A stretch of 64,000 nt of DNA, taken from NCBI GenBank assembly GCA_965248695.1, contig CBDFKD010000002.1:3136001-3200000 (forward strand), given 5' to 3'. Below, piece after piece: positions 9,831 through 17,259 of the stretch. The stretch comes from Acidobacteriota bacterium. Its GTDB lineage: Bacteria; Acidobacteriota; UBA890; WLXD01. Position 1 is the first letter of the stretch. Each line of letters starts with the position of its first letter. The notes under the pieces are model-generated. The model saw nothing but the letters and a program-made list of their open reading frames with translations. It was not told where the DNA came from and did not search any database. The translations under genes and the position numbers were made by a program.

Positions 9831-10929
9831 GCGCATCGGCAAGCTCGCGGTAGCCGCGGCGGTCGCGCTGCTGGTAGCCGGAGGCGGCGTCCAAGCCGAA
9901 CCCGAGGGTCAGCAAGACCAGCGGCGGCGCCAACTCGAGGTGTTCGAAGGTCTGCTGACGGATCTGGTGCAGGAGCGCGTCACGCTACGGGTTAATTCCA
10001 CCATCGACCTGGAGCGCAGCGGCGACACCAACGGCGACGGCGCTATCGAGGTCGACGGCAATGTCGGCATCCTCGCCCTGGAACCGGTCGTAGTGAAGGT
10101 GGGCCGACCTCTCGCCGCCCATGGCTTCTACCTCGACGGCTACGGTGTGGTGTTTTCGATCCAAACGCCGCAGGTAGCGGTGCTGCCGCGCAGCTTCAAC
10201 GCCCGCATGGAAGCGCCGATCACCATGCTGCGCACCGGCCCGAACCTGTGGTCCGAACAGCGCAAAGTTGCCCCCGGCCTGATCGACATCCGCGCCGACA
10301 TGCTCATGCGCTCCATCGGCGACCTGCGCGTGCTCATCGAACGCGACGCTGCCGAGGACAACGACGCTGCCCTGCACGAGCTCGCCAAGTTCGAGGACAC
10401 ACTGGAGCAGATTCGCCATGCCGTAGCTCCGCGCGCCGACGCCCCGCACGCTGACGACCAGGTAGAAGCAGCGGTTTTCGACCGTGAGCTCGAGGAAACC
10501 GAGCGCGCCCGCCGCGCCTACGAGGTGGCCGTCGTCCGGCCGCGCCAGCGCGACGCTCGTGCATACTTCCGCGGCGCCATCGAGCAGCAGCGCAGCCTCA
10601 AGCAGATCCTCGAGCGCGACCACCAGCAGATCGCCGACGCGGTCAACGAAGCCGCTATTGAAGCGCTGGCCCAGTTCGGAACCGTCCTGCGCGGCCTAGA
10701 CTCCGACGACCAGGTGTCGATCATGGTGCTACCGCCCAACGAGTGGAACCTCGCGCGGCGACACGGTGTAGGTGTGGACCAGGGCGAGTACGTCATCTCG
10801 ATCCGCTACAAGGACATCCGCGACTACGGCAACGAGAAGATCGACATGGACAAGTTCCGCGAGCGCGTCGAGATCCACAACCGCCTGGGCATCCAGCTCG
10901 AGATTAAGATCGTCACCGACGAGCAGTAG
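9820..10929 (+). CDS. Exported hypothetical protein of the ECF operon
   Basis: Signal peptide; GFYLDGYGVVF motif; overlaps upstream gene. Confidence 0.75.
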   Translation: MTTERIGKLAVAAAVALLVAGGGVQAEPEGQQDQRRRQLEVFEGLLTDLVQERVTLRVNSTIDLERSGDTNGDGAIEVDGNVGILALEPVVVKVGRPLAAHGFYLDGYGVVFSIQTPQVAVLPRSFNARMEAPITMLRTGPNLWSEQRKVAPGLIDIRADMLMRSIGDLRVLIERDAAEDNDAALHELAKFEDTLEQIRHAVAPRADAPHADDQVEAAVFDRELEETERARRAYEVAVVRPRQRDARAYFRGAIEQQRSLKQILERDHQQIADAVNEAAIEALAQFGTVLRGLDSDDQVSIMVLPPNEWNLARRHGVGVDQGEYVISIRYKDIRDYGNEKIDMDKFRERVEIHNRLGIQLEIKIVTDEQ

Positions 10930-10944
10930 CGCGGTGTTCGGGCA

Positions 10945-12108
10945 TCATTCCGTCTGAACAACCTCGTAGCGCCCCTCGTCGAACGCCGCGTTGTGCCCGC
11001 ACATCAGTTTGCGCTTCGCTCCCCAACAATAGGCTTGACTGCGACGGCCCCGAACGACAAACGTTCGAATCCCCAAGGCCCTGTAGTTTTGGACCACTGT
11101 CTTGCTGGGGTGTGTTAAACGCCCCAGGATTCGACGGTACGTAGACACGGCGAAGCGCGGCCCATCAAGCTGACTCTTAAGCACCGCGGACATGAATGGG
11201 TACGTACTGGAAGTCCTGGAGCCGTGATGGGGAACCTTGAGAACGTTGGCGCGGAGGTCAATCCTGGGGTCCGTAACCAGCTTCCTCTCGATATCGATGA
11301 TCGGCAGCTCGCGATAGCCACGACTCCTGAGACGCCCATTGATGTCTCCGGTGAATAGGAACCGGTGCTTTTTCTGTAGTTCGACCTTCAGCACGATTGA
11401 CGCGTTGTTTACCTGATAGGCACAGTTGCGCCTGTTCTCGGTTGACGCGTCCTCCTCGGCGCTCAGGATCGTTAGTCGCATCCCCCACTTGTCGATCGGC
11501 TCGTTGAAGGAGTACCGCCCGTCGGCGAGTAGAGGGCGGACATAGTTGTCTAGGGTCTTATTCCGCTCAGCACGCTCGAAAACACGTCTGCTGATCCAAT
11601 ACGAATCCCGCAACCACTCGTCGAGTCCGGTGGGATTGCAGCGATCGTTGTAGTTGTAGCCAGGGTCCCATAGTTCGCCGACCTTCCTGCTTTGGACGAG
11701 GCGCCTGAGCCCACGGTGGTGATCTCGGTCGGGATGCGTCATGACGACCAGATCTACCTTCCTCTTGGGGCCGAACCGTTCGCGGATTCTGGCCTCGAGG
11801 AATCCCCGTTTCGATCCGCCGTCGATGACCGCAAGAGCGTCCGGCGTCTCGATGATGATCGCGTCGCCGTCTACTCCGAGGAAGTGGACGAGGAAATCAA
11901 GTTTCGCCACCGATCCATCGTCGGGGAGTATCCCGTGGGCTATCTTCAGCGCTGCTACATCGTCCTGAAGCGTCGACACATCCTCACGCAGCGTCGAAGC
12001 ACAGGAAACGGCCAGCGCAGACACCATCGAACTTATCGCGATTCGCGCGATGCTAGAACTCCGCACTTGCCTGTGTCCCGAGGATGTTCCCGTGGAAGCA
12101 ACCTGCAC
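10945..12108 (-). CDS. ComEC/Rec2-type metallo-beta-lactamase-fold hydrolase, probable lipoprotein
   Basis: GDAIII, IDGG, THPDRDHH, NNASIVL, FTGD, KVPHHGS; lipobox-like LAVSC. Start uncertain. Confidence 0.8.
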   Translation of the reverse strand: MQVASTGTSSGHRQVRSSSIARIAISSMVSALAVSCASTLREDVSTLQDDVAALKIAHGILPDDGSVAKLDFLVHFLGVDGDAIIIETPDALAVIDGGSKRGFLEARIRERFGPKRKVDLVVMTHPDRDHHRGLRRLVQSRKVGELWDPGYNYNDRCNPTGLDEWLRDSYWISRRVFERAERNKTLDNYVRPLLADGRYSFNEPIDKWGMRLTILSAEEDASTENRRNCAYQVNNASIVLKVELQKKHRFLFTGDINGRLRSRGYRELPIIDIERKLVTDPRIDLRANVLKVPHHGSRTSSTYPFMSAVLKSQLDGPRFAVSTYRRILGRLTHPSKTVVQNYRALGIRTFVVRGRRSQAYCWGAKRKLMCGHNAAFDEGRYEVVQTE

Positions 12109-12184
12109 GAGGAAACTACATTCAGGCCCTTTTTCCGACAGCAGGACGGAGGGTCGATCGCGCTAGGCCTGGTACGGTCGCCGA

Positions 12185-12193
12185 TGCTATTCT
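12185..12193 (+). promoter_or_regulatory. Possible extended -10 promoter of ssrA
   Basis: TGcTATTCT about 65 nt upstream of the mature tmRNA 5' end. Confidence 0.35.
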
Positions 12194-12259
12194 GAACCTA
12201 TCGACTTCGGATCCGGGTAGTGCCGGACAGCGCCTACTCGCGCTGCTTGCCGCATAGTC

Positions 12260-12612
12260 GGGGGCGTCAGGGTTCGACGGGAACACTGAAGCCGAGGCTG
12301 CATGTCGAGCGTCCGCGAATGCTCGTTAATCCCACGCGGAAACCAACACAACTGCCAACACACCGGTAGCTCTGGCGGCTTAAACACCCGTCAGCGTTCC
12401 CCGACCCGGGCCTGCAAGGGTCGGAGCGAACGCCATTCAGCAGGCTGGTCGTCTAGCTCTGTTCGGGGGCGAGGCGACGAGACACTACCCGGACTAGCGC
12501 TACGCCAGCTGGCCCGCCGGGTCGGCGCGGCGCGAATCCTTTCGGCGGGATAAGCATGTAGACGCTTCGTGCGGATGGTTTTCGGACGCGGGTTCAATTC
12601 CCGCCGCCTCCA
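12260..12612 (+). ncRNA. ssrA: tmRNA; tag peptide (A)ANTPVALAA
   Basis: 5' GGGGGCG...GGTTCGAC; 3' T-arm GCGGGTTCAATTCCCGC then CGCCTCCA acceptor strand; tag reading frame 12354-12383 ends ALAA-TAA. Confidence 0.95.
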
Positions 12613-12614
12613 CT

Positions 12615-12723
12615 GCTTCAGGCCCGAGAAGGGGTCATCTGCGGCGTTGCCGAAGCCTTGAAGGTCGCCATGACCGTCGGCGGCTTCGGCGCCTGGCATC
12701 TGACCCCTTCTCGGGCCTGAAGC
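12615..12723. repeat. 109-nt inverted-repeat hairpin immediately 3' of tmRNA
   Basis: Perfect 23-bp arms 12615-12637 and 12701-12723; inner stem GCCGAAGCC (12649-12657)/GGCTTCGGC (12682-12690). Confidence 0.85.
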
Positions 12724-12765
12724 TTGTGAAATGGCGCGGCGCGAGCGCGAGACCAGCGACCGCGG

Positions 12766-13131
12766 CTACTTCTTCTTCTTCGGCTTCTTGGTCGGCTTCG
12801 GGGGGAGCGACGACACGTAGTCGTAGGACATCGCGAGGTAGGGTCCGAGCGCGCCGGTGTCATCGAGCAGGTCGTCGGGGACCGTGACGTACTCGGGCAT
12901 ATTGTGATCGTACGACCTGAGGATCGTCGTCTCGAACCGGTCGAGGAACGCCTCGCGTTCTTCCTTCGGCAGACGAATCCCGAGCTTCGCCTCGGTAGAG
13001 AACACGGTGAACATGTGACCGTTAACGGACGTGTAGAGGAGGTTCTTCCCTTTCCGCTCGATCTGCGGGTGCGTTCCGATGAGCCGGTCGTACGCGGCCT
13101 TTTGCTCGTCGCTGACGGCCTTCTTCTCCAT
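12766..13131 (-). CDS. Small TfoX/Sxy N-terminal-like protein
   Basis: VNGHMF, MPEYVTVP, SYDYVSSLPPK and basic tail; GGAG RBS upstream. Confidence 0.65.
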   Translation of the reverse strand: MEKKAVSDEQKAAYDRLIGTHPQIERKGKNLLYTSVNGHMFTVFSTEAKLGIRLPKEEREAFLDRFETTILRSYDHNMPEYVTVPDDLLDDTGALGPYLAMSYDYVSSLPPKPTKKPKKKK

Positions 13132-13228
13132 TCCGGAGCTCCTTGAGTCACGTGAGCGCGGGCTAGGGTCGGTTGTAATGTCGACGGAGGACGAGACCTC
13201 GGGCGGCAGGGAAAGTCCCCCAGAAGTG

Positions 13229-13960
13229 CTAGGACACCGCTATCAGGCTCGTCACCCCGATCAATCCCACCACGAGCCCGAGTGCGCGTATGGCGGCAGT
13301 ATGTCGCGGGCCATATCGATGCGCGAGGCGTTGCGTGAACGCAAAGGCGCCCAGTGCTACCAGGACCTGAACGACAGCCAATCCCGCTAGGTAGCCGGCC
13401 ACTGGCGTAGGTTCCGCTCCGACGATTGAGTCGCCGTAGGCGAACCCGTGCGTCAGGCCCGCGAGTGCGAAGCCGACCGCCAAGCGCGCGTAGCTCGTCC
13501 TCGAGCCAGCGATCAGCAAGAGGGCCACAGCCAGCAGCGATGCCGCAACTCCCACTTCCGCATACAGACTGGACCCTCCGGCAAGGAACCCGCTACAGCC
13601 CACGAGAGAAGCGCCCACGAAAGCCAGCGGCAGAAACCGTCTGGCCGGACGCGAAATCCAAGCCCCCCGACCGGCCTCGCGGGGAGCGGCTGTCGACGCG
13701 ACAGCGGCAAGCACACCTATGGCGATCAAGAACACCAAGTGGTCCGGACCGATCACCGGATGGGCAAGGCCTGAAAGCAGGCCGCCCATCAATGTGTTCG
13801 GGACAGCGCCGTCGAGCATGTGGTGCGCCAGTGCTTCGCGAGGCGCTCCCACGAGGATCGCAATGAGGCACGCCGACAGCGTCGCTGTGAGGCCGCGCGC
13901 GTCGAGAAACCCGGGCGCCCTGAACGCGCGCGGCATCGGGGAGCGGTGGGGACAGGTCAT
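13229..13960 (-). CDS. HupE/UreJ family Ni/Co transporter
   Basis: Signal then AHH; SGLAHPVIGPDHL; HGFAYG; last gene of the NHase operon. Confidence 0.88.
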   Translation of the reverse strand: MTCPHRSPMPRAFRAPGFLDARGLTATLSACLIAILVGAPREALAHHMLDGAVPNTLMGGLLSGLAHPVIGPDHLVFLIAIGVLAAVASTAAPREAGRGAWISRPARRFLPLAFVGASLVGCSGFLAGGSSLYAEVGVAASLLAVALLLIAGSRTSYARLAVGFALAGLTHGFAYGDSIVGAEPTPVAGYLAGLAVVQVLVALGAFAFTQRLAHRYGPRHTAAIRALGLVVGLIGVTSLIAVS

Positions 13961-13970
13961 CCTCATCTCC

Positions 13971-14351
13971 TCAATCCGACGGGCGCAGCTGCACCGGCTG
14001 GCCGTGTGGGGTGTGGCGGTAGGCATCGGCCCAGTCGTCCCTGCGCTCCGTCAGGGCCGCGGCGTCGGTCAGCCCGCCGGCGGTAACCAGGCGTTCGAGC
14101 GCCGCCACCCAGTGATGGTAGTAGCACGAGCCGTCGTCGGGCTCGCCGCGCGCTGCTGCCTCGGCAAGCTCGGCGCCCAGCGTCTCGGACCACTCCTTCC
14201 AGGTGAAGTGCCCCTCCTCGGACAGATTCACCGCCAACGCGAACGCCTGCGCTTGCCAGGGCTCCGCAAATACCGGTCCCTCTTCATCGCGCGGCAGCGG
14301 CGGCAACTGCGCCAGGCGTGCATCATCGAGCTTTGCCTCAGGCGGGCTCAA
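13971..14351 (-). CDS. Nitrile hydratase accessory/activator protein
   Basis: PVFAEPWQAQAFA, YYHHWVAALE, TPHGQP. Confidence 0.92.
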   Translation of the reverse strand: MSPPEAKLDDARLAQLPPLPRDEEGPVFAEPWQAQAFALAVNLSEEGHFTWKEWSETLGAELAEAAARGEPDDGSCYYHHWVAALERLVTAGGLTDAAALTERRDDWADAYRHTPHGQPVQLRPSD

Positions 14352-14985
14352 GGTAGCCCTCCCAGAGATCGACGTAGACCACGTCGCCGGCGACGGCGCG
14401 GTTTCCCCAGAGCTCGTCGGAGGTGAACTTCACCGTGTAGACGTACTGCGGCTCGCGGCTCAGCCGATAGCCCTCTGTATCGGTGTCCTGCAGGCGGTGC
14501 AGGCCGTGGTGGCGCACGACGGTGCCGCGTCGACCGCGCACGTAGGCCGGCAGACGGATGTGGCCGCGGCGCTGGAGGTTGCGGGCGCGCACGTCCTGTT
14601 GCGGGGAATAGCGTGGCGACGGAACGTCGTCCTGCGCCGGCGACTCCTGCGGACCCGCCGATTCCTCCGAGCCATCCGCGCCATCGACCGCGGGCGCCGA
14701 GCCGGGCTCGGCGCGACCGCTCTCCAGCTCCGCCGCCGTGATGACACCGTCGCGAATCAGGTTGGCAACCAGCCCGGTGAACCATCGCTGGTAATACGGC
14801 ATCCGCAGGTAGTCGGCCGCCGGGATGTTCTCGATGGCGTAGCGGAAGCTGCGGTCGCCCAGCACGCCCATGAACAGCAGCCCCAGCACGCGGCCTTCCC
14901 AGGGCTCGTGGAAGACGGGCTCGTCGGCCTCGGGCTCGATCGGCCCCAGGCCGTCCATGCCGCCCATGTCGTGGATGCCGTTCAT
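14338..14985 (-). CDS. nthB: Nitrile hydratase subunit beta
   Basis: [37 protein letters not shown]. Confidence 0.95.
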   Translation of the reverse strand: MNGIHDMGGMDGLGPIEPEADEPVFHEPWEGRVLGLLFMGVLGDRSFRYAIENIPAADYLRMPYYQRWFTGLVANLIRDGVITAAELESGRAEPGSAPAVDGADGSEESAGPQESPAQDDVPSPRYSPQQDVRARNLQRRGHIRLPAYVRGRRGTVVRHHGLHRLQDTDTEGYRLSREPQYVYTVKFTSDELWGNRAVAGDVVYVDLWEGYLEPA

Positions 14986-15761
14986 GCGGCGCCCCCGTCC
15001 TCATCGCCGGCCGGCGCGGCGATCTTCGCCACCCCGATCATGGCGTCGCGCGAGACGATCTCGGCCAGCTGCTCTTCGGTCATGTCCTCGGTGCCCGCTG
15101 GTCGCTCCGGCAGCACCAGGTAGCGGATGTCGGCGGTGCTGTCCCACACCCGCACCTCGATGTCGTCGGCCAGCTCGAGGCCGAAGCCCCGGAGCACCCC
15201 GCGCGGATCGATCACCGCCTGCGAGCGGAAGCCGGCGGACTTGTACCAGACCGGCGGTAGGCCCAGCGTCGGCCACGGGTAACAGGAGCACAGGGTGCAG
15301 ACCACCAGGTGGTGCACCTCGGGCGTGTTCTCAACTACCACCATGTACTCGCCCTCGGCGCCCGCGAATCCGAGCTCGGCAATCGCCGCGGTGCCGTCTT
15401 GCAGCAGTCGAGCCTTGTACTCGGCGTCGGCCCAAGCACGCGCCACTACCTGGGCTCCGTTGCGCGGCCCGATCTTGTTCTCGTACAGGTCGACCACCTC
15501 GTCGAGCGCCGCCGGATCGACCAGCTCCTTTTCTACCAACAGTGACTCCAGCGCCCGCACGCGCAGGGCGATGTCGGACGGCACGTCCTGGTGCTCGTGG
15601 CCGTGTTCGTGATCGTGGTCATGCACTTCGGTCGATTCCTGCTCGGTGGTCGATTTCGGGGTAGCGCCGACGTGCCCCTCGCCGACGATCGATGCGGCGG
15701 CCGCAGCCGCGCCCTTCAGGAACTTCCGTCGTCCGGTGCCGTCCTCGTCGCTCTTCGACAT
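14982..15761 (-). CDS. nthA: Cobalt-type nitrile hydratase subunit alpha with Tat-like leader and His-rich linker
   Basis: [10 protein letters not shown] (Co-type CTLCSC-Y); GRRKFLK leader; [11 protein letters not shown]; GGAG RBS 9 nt upstream of ATG. Confidence 0.95.
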   Translation of the reverse strand: MSKSDEDGTGRRKFLKGAAAAAASIVGEGHVGATPKSTTEQESTEVHDHDHEHGHEHQDVPSDIALRVRALESLLVEKELVDPAALDEVVDLYENKIGPRNGAQVVARAWADAEYKARLLQDGTAAIAELGFAGAEGEYMVVVENTPEVHHLVVCTLCSCYPWPTLGLPPVWYKSAGFRSQAVIDPRGVLRGFGLELADDIEVRVWDSTADIRYLVLPERPAGTEDMTEEQLAEIVSRDAMIGVAKIAAPAGDEDGGAA

Positions 15762-16014
15762 GGCAAATTGCTCCGCCCGGGTGGCTCCTCGCTCGAGAGA
15801 GGCCGAGTATACCGCTCACATTCCGGGCCGCGGAGGGGGTGCCGGAGCGGCCGGCCGAAACCGCCCGAGCCAGACGCTCAACTGGAGATCGGCGGGCCAG
15901 CGCCTGGTCAATCGCCCGCACACGCGTACAATCTGCGCGCGAGCCGCTGTCACTATCGAACGCCGGTTGGCATCGCTCCTAGTAGGACTCGACACGAACG
16001 ACCGGAGGTGGATC

Positions 16015-17148
16015 ATGCAGGCAGCACCGGCGCTCCGCTTTTTGTCCGTCGCGCTGACGGCCCTGGCCCTGGCGGCATGCGGGGGCGGCGTCCAGCCTGA
16101 GCCCGAGGCCGACTCGACTGCCGCGGTCGATCCGGCCGACGTCACCGATCCTGTGCTTGCCGGTGACCTGCCGGATCCTACTTCCGAAGTGATCAAGGCC
16201 TGGGGCCCGCTGCCCGATGGACGCGCCTGGGGATCTACCGCGGGAGTGGATATCGATCCCAATGACGGACACATATGGGCTTACGATCGCTGCGGCGCGT
16301 ACGCTCTGGCCGGCGGATGCGACGTTTCCGACGTCGATCCCGTTCTCAAGTTCGATCGGAACACGGGCGAGGTGCTGGCGAGCTTCGGTGCCGGACTGTT
16401 CGTGTTGCCGCACGGAATCCACGTGGACGCCGAGGGCAACGTCTGGATCACGGACTCGATGGGGAACGAGGCGGGGACGAAAGGGCATCAGGTAATCAAG
16501 TTCAGCCCGGAAGGCGAGGTCCTTCTGACGCTGGGCCAACCGGGAGTAGCGGGCAGCGGACCCGGCCTGCTGAGCGAGCCGTGCGACGTGATCACCGCCC
16601 CGAACGGCGACATCTTCGTGTCGGATGGACACAGCGGCCAGAGCGCCGATCCCCCAGAGGGGACCACCGGCCGCGTGATCAAGTTCAACGCGGCAGGCGA
16701 ATACATCACCGAGTGGGGTCAGATGGGATCGGGTCCGGGTGAGTTCCGTACGCCGCATGCGCTGGCGTTCGATTCGCAAGGGCGGCTCTTCGTTGCCGAC
16801 CGCGGCAACCACCGCATCCAGATCTACGATCAGGACGGCAACCACATCGATACCTACTATCAGTTCGGTCGTATCAGCGGCATGTTCTTCGACGCCGACG
16901 ACACCCTGTACACCATCGATTCCGAGTCCAGCCCGAACTCCCACTCCGACTGGTCAACTGGTATCCGGATCGGGCACGCCTCACGCGACGAGGTGACGGC
17001 GTTCGTGCCGCCCCATGAGTCCGACGACCCGCAGGGCGAGGCTGGCGAGGGCGTCGCCGTGGATGCCGACGGCAACATCTACGCAGCCGAAGGGCCCAAC
17101 TCGCGTGACGCGGCCGAGGGAGGCCTGACGAAGTACATCCGACGCTAG
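16015..17148 (+). CDS. NHL-repeat beta-propeller lipoprotein (PAL-like family)
   Basis: Lipobox LAAC; PHGIHVD, GEFRTPHALAFD, VADRGNHRIQ. Confidence 0.88.
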   Translation: MQAAPALRFLSVALTALALAACGGGVQPEPEADSTAAVDPADVTDPVLAGDLPDPTSEVIKAWGPLPDGRAWGSTAGVDIDPNDGHIWAYDRCGAYALAGGCDVSDVDPVLKFDRNTGEVLASFGAGLFVLPHGIHVDAEGNVWITDSMGNEAGTKGHQVIKFSPEGEVLLTLGQPGVAGSGPGLLSEPCDVITAPNGDIFVSDGHSGQSADPPEGTTGRVIKFNAAGEYITEWGQMGSGPGEFRTPHALAFDSQGRLFVADRGNHRIQIYDQDGNHIDTYYQFGRISGMFFDADDTLYTIDSESSPNSHSDWSTGIRIGHASRDEVTAFVPPHESDDPQGEAGEGVAVDADGNIYAAEGPNSRDAAEGGLTKYIRR

Positions 17149-17185
17149 CGGGCAATGATCGGTTGGCCCTTCCGGATCGACAGCG

Positions 17186-17209
17186 GCTAACCGGGCTTGC
17201 CCGGTTAGC
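17186..17209. terminator. Stem-loop downstream of NHL gene
   Basis: Perfect 11-bp stem GCTAACCGGGC-TT-GCCCGGTTAGC; no U-tract. Confidence 0.4.
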
Positions 17210-17259
17210 TGGGCCTAGGAGATAAGGGGAACGCCCCACCGGGGCGTTTCGGTGCACCG

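Noticed and set aside
15770-16010. Cobalamin or NiCo riboswitch upstream of the NHase operon
   Set aside because: No conserved riboswitch core recognised by eye; an Rfam scan would settle it.
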